Part shown: one piece after another, positions 30,666 through 39,272 of the stretch
How the letters are laid out: each line of letters starts with the position of its first letter
Position numbering within the stretch: position 1 is the first letter of the stretch
NCBI GenBank assembly: GCA_963844055.1
Contig: CAWJMN010000002.1
Location: 2,181,586-2,245,585 of the forward strand
DNA from: an uncultured Planctomycetaceae bacterium
GTDB lineage: Bacteria; Planctomycetota; Planctomycetia; Pirellulales; Pirellulaceae
Direction of reading: 5' to 3'
Length of the DNA stretch: 64,000 bases
The notes under the pieces: model-generated
Databases searched by the model: none
What the model was told of the DNA's origin: nothing
The model's input: only the letters and a program-made list of their open reading frames with translations
Program-made: the position numbers and the translations under genes

Positions 30666-31327
30666 AATAAAGAAGCGGCGACACGATTAGAAAAGTCAAT
30701 TAGCGATGGCGTAGAATTTTCTTCGCGGCAGTATGCAGCTTTCAGGGGTCCGTGGGGATTTGCGGGATAGCTGATGTTAAGGCTTGTCGAATCAGGAGTT
30801 AGGTTCGATAGTCTAGAAATCGGATCGAGAATTCTCGGTTGAAAAAAACAGCGAGCGCTTGAAGTCGCGAGGGGCGCTGTTAGCATTTTACTAAGGCTTG
30901 CGTATCACTACGGGCCGGTTGCGGAACTTGTTTCCGAAGGGAAAATCTGCAACTGAGTCACCCATGCATTCTTTGGCAGCGTGGGGAAAACGAACGACGT
31001 AGGAACGACAAGTGAGCATGCGAGGGACTGCTGGTGTCTTGTAGCACCGCGGCCTAAGCATCAGAACGCTCAAGCTAGTTTTCGCGAAAGCACAGACTGG
31101 CCTGGCACAAAAGAAGGACGCCATGAATCTGTTGTTCGGCATTATGCCAACGGCAATGGGGCGCACACAAACCAAGTTGCAAGTGGCAACTCTGGCTCGC
31201 TGATTCTTGCTTTTGAGCGTAGGGACGAAGCCACGCTGGCTATCGCTCCGCCGCGGTGAAACCTGCCTACACGGTGTTTGGCCGTGCTGCACTTCTACAC
31301 CCGGTCACTCTCGCTGGAGAAGGAAAT

Positions 31328-32674
31328 ATGTACGTAGTTAACCATTGGTACAAGTTTGTCATGGTCGTGGTCTTGGTAGCTGGCTATTCGATTGGCACCT
31401 CTCTTTATCGAGAGGAGCTATCGAGCCGTAAGACGGAAGAATCGCTTGCGCAACTGCGCGAAGAGAATGAGGCGGCTTCGCATGAAGTTCGCCGGGAGCA
31501 TTTTGTGGAGAACAATTTGTACGCGTTAGGCTGGGGTGTTGTGGGGCTACTTGTGTTTTTGACCTTTGTTGGTGATGTGCGGCGAGGATTGTCTGCACGA
31601 TCGAGCGTGGCAACGATCTTGATGCTGGCGATGCTTGGTTTAACGGGCTGTTATCGTCCGTTTGAGCCGGTACAGCTGGAGGTGATCAATCCGAATGAAG
31701 AAGCTTTTTTGCTGCCCTACTTAGGTGACACGAAAAAGCAGACCTCTTCGGATAATGAAGAGTATCTGAAGGCGAGTCTGGTCTATACCAAGCAAGTAAA
31801 GATTCCTCAGCAGTGGGTTCCACGGGGGTTTGAAACGTTTGGTGCTAACGGTGTTTGGCAGCCGGCCGCTGTTCTGGTGAAGGTGGATAAATCGCCTGTC
31901 ACTCGTGAGTGGACGGCTGATCCGAGCAGTGGAACGAGCAACAAGAACGAAGCGATTTGGGTGATGACGAGTGATCAGGTCGAGTTCTCAACGGGTTGGA
32001 CGATTACGGCCCGAATCGCAACGCGGGATGATGCCGTCAAGTTTTTGCACAACTATCCTAACGGTTCGCTCAAGGAGGTGATGGACTCGGAAGTGCGGTC
32101 GAAGATTCAGGCGGATTTTGGTTTAGAAGTGACCGACCTGCCGATGGACACGCTGCGTAAGGCGGCTACTCCACACATCACGAATGTGACGAAGAATGTC
32201 GAGTCGTTTTTTAAAGAACGTGGAATCACGATTACGAACCTGGGTATCAGCGGTGGTTTTATCTATAAGGACAAGACCATTCTGGAAACGATGGTGAAGG
32301 TGTTCAATGCTGAGCAGGAGAAGTCGGTTGCTGCTGCCGAAAGCGCTGCTCAAGAGGAGCGTAATAAGAAAGTGATTTTGGAAGCGACTGGTAAGGCCGA
32401 TGCTTTGCTGAAGACCAAAGAGGCCGAGGCCGAAGGTATCAAGCTGGTGGCCGACGCCAAGATCTACGAACTGGAAAAGTCGACAGAGAACTGGGAGTCG
32501 TACCTGGCTTTGAAGCAGGTTGAACTGCAAAAGGAATTGCTGACCAAATGGGATGGCGCTTATCCACGCTATTTCATGGGAGGCAGCAATGCCGGTAGCA
32601 CGCCGAACTTTTTGCTACAGCTTCCTTCGCTGGACATGCCTGCAAAAACAGAGGTTAAGCCAGTCGTGAAATAG
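31328..32674 (+). CDS. SPFH/band-7 (flotillin-like) domain membrane protein
   Basis: Start set at MYVVNHWYKFVMVVVLVAGY (TM). C-terminal coiled-coil EA-repeat region (EQEKSVAAAESAAQEERNK...AEAEGIKLVADAKIYELEK). Confidence 0.5.
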   Translation: MYVVNHWYKFVMVVVLVAGYSIGTSLYREELSSRKTEESLAQLREENEAASHEVRREHFVENNLYALGWGVVGLLVFLTFVGDVRRGLSARSSVATILMLAMLGLTGCYRPFEPVQLEVINPNEEAFLLPYLGDTKKQTSSDNEEYLKASLVYTKQVKIPQQWVPRGFETFGANGVWQPAAVLVKVDKSPVTREWTADPSSGTSNKNEAIWVMTSDQVEFSTGWTITARIATRDDAVKFLHNYPNGSLKEVMDSEVRSKIQADFGLEVTDLPMDTLRKAATPHITNVTKNVESFFKERGITITNLGISGGFIYKDKTILETMVKVFNAEQEKSVAAAESAAQEERNKKVILEATGKADALLKTKEAEAEGIKLVADAKIYELEKSTENWESYLALKQVELQKELLTKWDGAYPRYFMGGSNAGSTPNFLLQLPSLDMPAKTEVKPVVK

Positions 32675-32825
32675 CTAGTAGACCATCTGCGTTAATTTGT
32701 CGTGGTCTTCTTAGAGCAACGCGGCTCGTTAGGCACGGGGATGACCGGGCGCTTACGCTTCCGGCTCTGAAAATGCATGACATTTAAATGCAGTGGTGGC
32801 ACTCGAGGTTGACGACGAATCCATG

Positions 32826-32872
32826 AATCCCTGGTAGGTGAGGCGACTCGCGTGCCAGGGATTTTTTGTAGA
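32826..32872 (+). terminator. candidate intrinsic terminator
   Basis: ATCCCTGG ... CCAGGGAT stem followed by TTTTTTGTAG. Confidence 0.4.
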
Positions 32873-33054
32873 GGCAGGGGCTGTTAGGGTTTCGGCCGAA
32901 GGCCTGACTGGCGGGAGGAAAGGCGAATGGAGGATTGGTGCCCGTAGCGGCGTTTTAGAGGTGGTTCGCGGTGTCGATTTTTCCCTTAGGGCGAGCTGGA
33001 AGAGTGCCCGTGAACGGAGAAGACTGGCGGAAGGGATAATTTGCTTGACTTGGG

Positions 33055-33933
33055 GTGGAAGGTATTCTAATAATAGAACGTATTCTACCCATGGAAATAA
33101 TCATGCCCGCCACACCTCCCTCCAAACGCGTTTCTTCAGCGACGGCCTCTGCGGTAAATGCCGTGGAAATGGCTGCGGATGCCAGCCAGGCACCTGCGGT
33201 GGATCGCGCGCTCGACATTCTGGAACACTTGGCCGGTTTGCCCAAAGGGGCAACGCTTAGTGAACTGAGCGAGACGCTTTCTTTGCCCAAGAATGCGATC
33301 TTTCGGATTACCAAGTCGCTGGCCGACCGGGGATACATCACCCGGGAGGAATCGACGCTGCGATTCTTTTTGACGGGAAAGCTGTTGGCCCTGGCGCAGC
33401 CACGAAGTGGTGACAAGACGCTTTCGGAACTGGCGATTCCGACGATGCGGCAACTGCGCGATGAATGTCGCGAGACGGTGCAGCTGGGGATTCGGAGCGG
33501 GCAAGGGGGCGTTGTCCTTGAGAAGCTGGAAGGGCTATTTCCTTTGCGGATCTCGGTCGATGTGGGACTGCGATTCAAGCTGCATAACAATGCACCGGGG
33601 AAAGTGCTGCTGGCGCATGTTTCGGCCGAGCAGCGCGACGAGCTTCTGGGGAAAGAGCCGCTAGAGGCATCAACCGAACGTACGATCACCGATCGGGCCG
33701 AGCTGGGGCGTGAGTGCGAGCGGATTTTACGAATGGGCTATTCGACGGATTACGCCGAAGCGGATGATGGAATTCACTGTGTGGCGGCGCCGATCTTGGA
33801 TCGGCATCAAGAGCTGGCGGGGGTGCTGTGGATTTCGGGGCCGGCGAGACGGCTGACGAAAGAGCAGTTTGCCTTACGTGGGCGGCAGGTCAAAGCGGCT
33901 GCGGCCGAAATCTCCCAGCGGATGCGAGGGTAA
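33055..33933 (+). CDS. IclR-family transcriptional regulator
   Basis: wHTH (VDRALDILEHLAGLPKGATLSELSETLSLPKNAIFRITKSLADRGYI) plus a C-terminal effector domain. The start may be Met 33091. Confidence 0.7.
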   Translation: MEGILIIERILPMEIIMPATPPSKRVSSATASAVNAVEMAADASQAPAVDRALDILEHLAGLPKGATLSELSETLSLPKNAIFRITKSLADRGYITREESTLRFFLTGKLLALAQPRSGDKTLSELAIPTMRQLRDECRETVQLGIRSGQGGVVLEKLEGLFPLRISVDVGLRFKLHNNAPGKVLLAHVSAEQRDELLGKEPLEASTERTITDRAELGRECERILRMGYSTDYAEADDGIHCVAAPILDRHQELAGVLWISGPARRLTKEQFALRGRQVKAAAAEISQRMRG

Positions 33934-33939
33934 ACGGCG

Positions 33940-36900
33940 ATGAAGATCCTCTCCTTAATACGATGTGCCTTGGGGTTGCTGGCGGTTGCCGGTGCACCAC
34001 TTTCGGTTTCTGCAAATGAGCTTCCTGCGCCTGCGGGGCAAGCGGTGGACTTTGCCAAAGAGGTTCAGCCGATCTTGGTGAAGAACTGCTTTGCCTGCCA
34101 TGGTCCGGAGAAGCAGCGCAGCAGCTTTCGGCTGGATCAAAAGGCCAAGGCGCTGGCTGGTGGTGATCTGGGGCAAGCGATTGTGCCGGGCAAAAGTGCC
34201 GATAGCCCGCTGGTGCGGATGGTGGCGGGGCTGGAAGAAGGATTGCGGATGCCGCCCGAAGGGGCGATGCTTTCTGCGGCAGAAATCGGCGTTTTGCGGC
34301 GCTGGATTGATGATGGTGCGAACTGGCCCGACACGCTCGGCGGAGAGGCGGCGGGGAATCCGGCCGACTGGTGGTCGCTGCGTCCAATAACGGCGGTTTC
34401 CGTGCCAACGCTTTCGCCCGAGCAAGCAAAATGGGCACGCACGCCGATCGATGCGTTTATTTTGGATCGCCTGAAGCAGGAAGGGCTAACGCCTACTGTC
34501 GAAGCGGATCGTCGCACGCTGATTCGGCGGTTGTCGTTTGACTTGCATGGCTTGCCACCAACGCCGGAAGAGACGCAGGCGTTTGTGAATGACCCATCGC
34601 CACAAGCGTATGAAAAGTTGGTGGATCGTTTGCTGGATGATCCACGCTATGGAGAGCGCTGGGCGCGGCACTGGTTGGATGTGGCGCACTACGCAGACTC
34701 CCATGGGCAAGATCAAGATCGACCACGGCCCAATAGTTGGCCGTACCGAGATTATTTGATCAAGGCGTTTAACAGCAATAAGCCGTACGCGCGGTTCCTT
34801 TCCGAGCAAGTGGCTGGCGATGTGCTGTTTCCTACGGAACCTGAAGCGATTGTGGCGACCGGCTTTTTGGCGGCAGGCCCCTGGGATGAAAGCACGCTGC
34901 GCGACATTCGTGAGGACTCGATTGACCGCCTTGCAGGACAGAACTTGGATCGGGACGACATGGTCACATCGACGATGTCTACGTTTGCTGGAATGACGGT
35001 GGGATGTGCGCGCTGTCACGACCATAAGTTTGATCCGATCACGCAGGAGGATTACTATTCGCTGCAAGCGGTGTTTGCAGGGATTGATAAGGCCGAGCGG
35101 GCCTTTGATGCGGACCCCAAGCTCGCGCAGCAGCGGAAGGCCTTGAAAGCGGAGTTAGACAGGCTGACAAGCTTGAAGGACAAAGTAGAGCCCCGTTTGC
35201 TGGCGGCAGATGTGCAAGCGGAAGTGGCCAAGATTGAACTTGCGCAGCAAGCGATTGCAAGTCGCTGGAAGACGCTGGTTCCGCGGAGCTGGAAGTCGCA
35301 GGATGGAGCCGTACTGAAAGCGCTGCTGGATTACTCGATCTTGGCGATGGGAATGCGGCCTGAGAAAGATACCTATGAAGTGCTGGCGCCGGTTGAAATG
35401 CCCAAGGTGACGGCGCTGCGGCTGGAAGTTTTGGCGGATGAAACATTGCCGATGAAGGGACCGGGACGTTGTGACAACGGCAACTTGCACCTGTCAGAAA
35501 TTCAGGTGACGGTGATTAGTGCGAACAATCCGGCCGAGAATCGCAATGTCAAACTGACGAAAGCGGTGGCGGACTTTGATCAGGCGGGCTGGGGAATTGC
35601 GCGGTCGCTGGACGGTGATCCTGCAACGGCTTGGGGCATTCATCCGCAGGTGGGACAGTCGCACCAAGCGGTGTTTCAGCTGGAGCAGCCGTTGACGCTG
35701 GCGGCAGGTGAAACGCTGAAAGTGGTTTTGCAACAATTACATGGCGGCGGGCACTTGATTGGTCGGTTTCGGCTTTCCGTGACCGATGCTGCGGATGCAT
35801 TGGCTCCGACCGTGGCAGGCGCACCGGCGGCGATGCAGGATCTATTCGCGATACCTGTAGCGCAGCGGGGAGACGTGCATAAGGCCGAGCTGGGGCGATT
35901 GGTTCTGGAACAAAAAGCAAAGGGAGAGCTGGCGGCGTTGCCACCAGAGCAGAAGGTGTACTGTGGAACAAACCAGTTCACTGCGGATGGAAGCTTTCGT
36001 CCGGTTGCGATGCCACGCAAGGTGCAGGTGCTAACGCGCGGGGACATCAACAAGCCCAAGGGGGTGGCACTGCCTGGTGCGCTGCAGGTGATTTCCACGT
36101 TGCCTTCACGGTTTGCCACGGATGAAAGTATGCCGGACGGCCCACGGCGTGCGGCGCTTGCTAAGTGGCTAACCGACCCGAACAATCCGTTGACTTGGCG
36201 AGTGATTGTGAATCGTGTCTGGCATTACCACTTTGGTAAGGGAATTGTCGAAACGCCCAATGACATGGGAAAAATGGGAGGCAAGCCTTCGCACCCCGAG
36301 CTATTGGAATGGCTGGCGAACGAGTTTCGCCGCGATGGGGGTTCACTGAAGGATTTGCATCGGCTGATTGTGTGCAGCAGCGTCTATCGGCAGGCTTGTA
36401 ATGGTAATGTGAAGGCAGAAGCGGTGGATTCCAACAATCGGCTGCTATGGCGAATGAATCGTGGCAAGCTGGATGCAGAGTCGCTGCGTGATGCGGTTCT
36501 TTTGGTGAGCGGGCGACTCGATCCGACGATGTATGGTCCGCCGGTCATGCACTTCCTGATGAAGCCGGCAATCCATGTGACTCCTGGTGCGGATTACGAG
36601 CAGTTTGATGTGGATAGTGCCGCAGCAAGGCGGCGCAGCGTTTATCGGTTTGTGTTTCGGACACAGCCGGACCCGCTTTTGGAAGTGCTCGATTGCCCGG
36701 ATGCTTCGCAGGCAGCGCCCGTGCGAACGACGTCGTTCAGCGGCCTGCAAGCGCTGACCCTGTGGAACAATAAGTTCATGCTGCGAAATGCAGAGCACCT
36801 GGCAGAGCTGGGTGTTAGTCGTTCGCCCGATTTGGCAACGCAAGTGGCTGTTGTGAGTGAGCGAGTGTTTTGCCGTAAGCCAACCTTGGAAGAGCAAACG

Positions 36901-36987
36901 GCCTGGACGAAGTATGCGCAAGAGTTCGGTTTGGCCAATTTGTGCCGCGTGCTGCTCAACAGCAGCGAGTTCTTGTTTATTGAGTAG
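33940..36987 (+). CDS. PSCyt1/PSCyt2(DUF1549)/PSD1(DUF1553) Planctomycete cytochrome-C-domain protein
   Basis: Signal peptide. CFACHGPEKQRSSFRLD (PSCyt1 CxxCH). The DUF1549 region has DAFILDRL. The C-terminal DUF1553-like region ends LLNSSEFLFIE. Confidence 0.75.
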   Translation: MKILSLIRCALGLLAVAGAPLSVSANELPAPAGQAVDFAKEVQPILVKNCFACHGPEKQRSSFRLDQKAKALAGGDLGQAIVPGKSADSPLVRMVAGLEEGLRMPPEGAMLSAAEIGVLRRWIDDGANWPDTLGGEAAGNPADWWSLRPITAVSVPTLSPEQAKWARTPIDAFILDRLKQEGLTPTVEADRRTLIRRLSFDLHGLPPTPEETQAFVNDPSPQAYEKLVDRLLDDPRYGERWARHWLDVAHYADSHGQDQDRPRPNSWPYRDYLIKAFNSNKPYARFLSEQVAGDVLFPTEPEAIVATGFLAAGPWDESTLRDIREDSIDRLAGQNLDRDDMVTSTMSTFAGMTVGCARCHDHKFDPITQEDYYSLQAVFAGIDKAERAFDADPKLAQQRKALKAELDRLTSLKDKVEPRLLAADVQAEVAKIELAQQAIASRWKTLVPRSWKSQDGAVLKALLDYSILAMGMRPEKDTYEVLAPVEMPKVTALRLEVLADETLPMKGPGRCDNGNLHLSEIQVTVISANNPAENRNVKLTKAVADFDQAGWGIARSLDGDPATAWGIHPQVGQSHQAVFQLEQPLTLAAGETLKVVLQQLHGGGHLIGRFRLSVTDAADALAPTVAGAPAAMQDLFAIPVAQRGDVHKAELGRLVLEQKAKGELAALPPEQKVYCGTNQFTADGSFRPVAMPRKVQVLTRGDINKPKGVALPGALQVISTLPSRFATDESMPDGPRRAALAKWLTDPNNPLTWRVIVNRVWHYHFGKGIVETPNDMGKMGGKPSHPELLEWLANEFRRDGGSLKDLHRLIVCSSVYRQACNGNVKAEAVDSNNRLLWRMNRGKLDAESLRDAVLLVSGRLDPTMYGPPVMHFLMKPAIHVTPGADYEQFDVDSAAARRRSVYRFVFRTQPDPLLEVLDCPDASQAAPVRTTSFSGLQALTLWNNKFMLRNAEHLAELGVSRSPDLATQVAVVSERVFCRKPTLEEQTAWTKYAQEFGLANLCRVLLNSSEFLFIE

Positions 36988-37010
36988 GCTGCTGGAAGGC
37001 GAGGAAGTTT

Positions 37011-38498
37011 ATGAACCGTTCTATCCCTCAGCGTGACGCGAATGCGGATTCGATCCTGCCGACACGGCGCGATGCGATGTTGCGAGCGATGCAAGGACTT
37101 GCAGGACTAGGCCTGGGGGGGATTGGGTTGCAGGAGATGGCGCTGTCGCAGCTATTGGCGGCGGAAGATGCACCCGCCAAGACTGCTGGCGGGCTGCTTC
37201 CAGGGAACTTGCATCATCCTCCCAAGGTGAAGCGCGTGTTGCAGCTATTCATGAATGGCGGCGTGAGTCAGATGGATACGTTTGACTATAAGTCCGAGCT
37301 AGAAAAGCGGCATGGTCAAATCGTCGATGTGGGGCTGAAAGCGACGGTGACCGGGACGGTGGGACCGGTGATGAAATCCCCCTTTGCGTTCAAGCAGTAT
37401 GGAGAGTGCGGTCGCTGGGTGAGCGACGTTTTTCCGCACATGGCGACCTGTGTGGATGATATGGCGTTTTTGATGGCGATGGCCTCGAAGACGAATGTGC
37501 ATGGTCCTGCCAGTTATTTGCAGACGACCGGGTTCTTGTTGCCGGGCTTTCCCTGCTTTGGTGCTTGGGTCGGCTATGCCCTGGGGAGTATCTCGAATAA
37601 TCTGCCGACGTTTGTGGTGCTGCCCGATCCACGCGGACTTCCTTACAACGGGATGGGAGATTTCTCGGCGGGCTTTTTGCCTGCCATTCATCAAGGGACG
37701 GTCATCAACCCAGCAGCGACGGTGCCGATTGCCGACCTCAAGCCGGCGGCGGGGGCCAAGTATGTGAGTGATGCGGCCTCGGCTGAGGGGCTGAAACTGT
37801 TGCAGGCGATGAACAAGCAATATGCGAGCGGCCATCCTGAGGATTCGCGGCTTGAAGCGCGCGTGGCCTCTTATGAATTGGCGGCGCGGATGCAACTGGC
37901 AGCGCCAGAGGCGTTTGACCTTTCGAAAGAGACGGAGCAATCCCACAAGCTGTATGGAACCGATCGCGCGGGCCAAGAGGGTGGCTTTGCACGGAATTGC
38001 TTGCTGGCGCGACGGCTGCTAGAGCGTGATGTTCGGTTTGTGCAGGTATGGAGTGGAGCGGGAGGACCTTCGCAGAACTGGGATAATCACGGCAGCATTC
38101 CGGCCGAGTTGCCACCGATTGCGAAGCAAGTCGATCAGCCGATTGCGGCGCTGCTGAAGGATATGAAGGCACGCGGCATGATGGAAGATACGCTGGTGAT
38201 TTTTACGACGGAGTTCGGCCGGATGCCATTCACGCAGGGGAGCGTGGGGCGCGATCACAACGGAGGCACGTTTGTCACGTGGCTTGCGGGAGCGGGGATC
38301 AAGGGAGGAACCTCGATTGGTGAAAGCGATGAGTTCTCTTACTTGGCCGCGAATGACAAGACGACCTGCTACGACATGCATGCCACGGCGCTGCACCTGA
38401 TGGGAATCAACCACGAGAAGCTATCGGTGCGGCAAAATGGCGTGGATCGCCGGCTAACCGATGTGCATGGACATGTGCTGAAAAAGATTCTGTCGTAA
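37011..38498 (+). CDS. DUF1501 (sulfatase-like) protein with Tat signal
   Basis: TRRDAMLRAMQGLAGLGLGG Tat motif. DUF1501 core (FTTEFGRMP...DHN). It sits at the canonical position after the DUF1553 partner. Confidence 0.75.
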   Translation: MNRSIPQRDANADSILPTRRDAMLRAMQGLAGLGLGGIGLQEMALSQLLAAEDAPAKTAGGLLPGNLHHPPKVKRVLQLFMNGGVSQMDTFDYKSELEKRHGQIVDVGLKATVTGTVGPVMKSPFAFKQYGECGRWVSDVFPHMATCVDDMAFLMAMASKTNVHGPASYLQTTGFLLPGFPCFGAWVGYALGSISNNLPTFVVLPDPRGLPYNGMGDFSAGFLPAIHQGTVINPAATVPIADLKPAAGAKYVSDAASAEGLKLLQAMNKQYASGHPEDSRLEARVASYELAARMQLAAPEAFDLSKETEQSHKLYGTDRAGQEGGFARNCLLARRLLERDVRFVQVWSGAGGPSQNWDNHGSIPAELPPIAKQVDQPIAALLKDMKARGMMEDTLVIFTTEFGRMPFTQGSVGRDHNGGTFVTWLAGAGIKGGTSIGESDEFSYLAANDKTTCYDMHATALHLMGINHEKLSVRQNGVDRRLTDVHGHVLKKILS

Positions 38499-38517
38499 GG
38501 AAATCAAACGCTAGGGG

Positions 38518-39150
38518 TTATTTGCCAGAAGTTTTGGCGACGTCGAGCAGGAAAGAGACTTCGCCGCGAAAGCCGATGTCCTGCGTCCCCTGCCCTGCAT
38601 TCCAGTGCAGCGTGACTTCACGCTTGCCGGCTGCTGAGCACTTTAGCGAAAGGAGTCGGTACTCCATTTCTGCTCCGGTTAGGGCGACAGAAAGTGGGTG
38701 CGGATTGTTGTTCGTTTGGACGATGGCCACTTCGAAAGGGTTTTTGCCGGCGCCTACGTACGTGCTGTGGGGAGCGATGGTTTGTTGTCCCCCGCTTTGG
38801 TTGAAGACCTGAACCAGTGCGAACGAGGGTTGCCCTTGAACCATGGGAAGCTCGGCCGGGCCGCGTGCGACTTTGACACGCCCTTCGGGATTGATGGTCA
38901 CAATACAGAAGACCGATTTTTCAAGCAGTTCTTCCATGGCAAAGATGTTCTTCTTTTGAAGAGCGGCTTGCACCTTGGAAAGCAACGGCTGGTTGGCAGT
39001 TTCTGCCCCCTTTTGGGAACGAATGGCCCCTTCAACCGCTTGGAGATTGCTTTGCAGCGGGAGGAACTGGGCGTCGGAGTCGGCGGCGCGGGTCTCTGCC
39101 AGGAAGGCGAGCAGCGTTACCAGTAAAGAAAGCAAGATTCGAGTCGCCAT
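38518..39150 (-). CDS. hypothetical secreted protein
   Basis: Signal peptide MATRILLSLLVTLLAFLAETRA. No recognisable domain. Confidence 0.45.
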   Translation of the reverse strand: MATRILLSLLVTLLAFLAETRAADSDAQFLPLQSNLQAVEGAIRSQKGAETANQPLLSKVQAALQKKNIFAMEELLEKSVFCIVTINPEGRVKVARGPAELPMVQGQPSFALVQVFNQSGGQQTIAPHSTYVGAGKNPFEVAIVQTNNNPHPLSVALTGAEMEYRLLSLKCSAAGKREVTLHWNAGQGTQDIGFRGEVSFLLDVAKTSGK

Positions 39151-39272
39151 AGGATTCTCCCGAGTGTTGGTATCCCTTATCTTAGGCGGAAGCTGACCCG
39201 AATTGTATCAGGCGAGCGTCGATGTTTTTCGCACGCCTTCCAACCTACCTCTCTGCATATCGTGAGTCCCTC

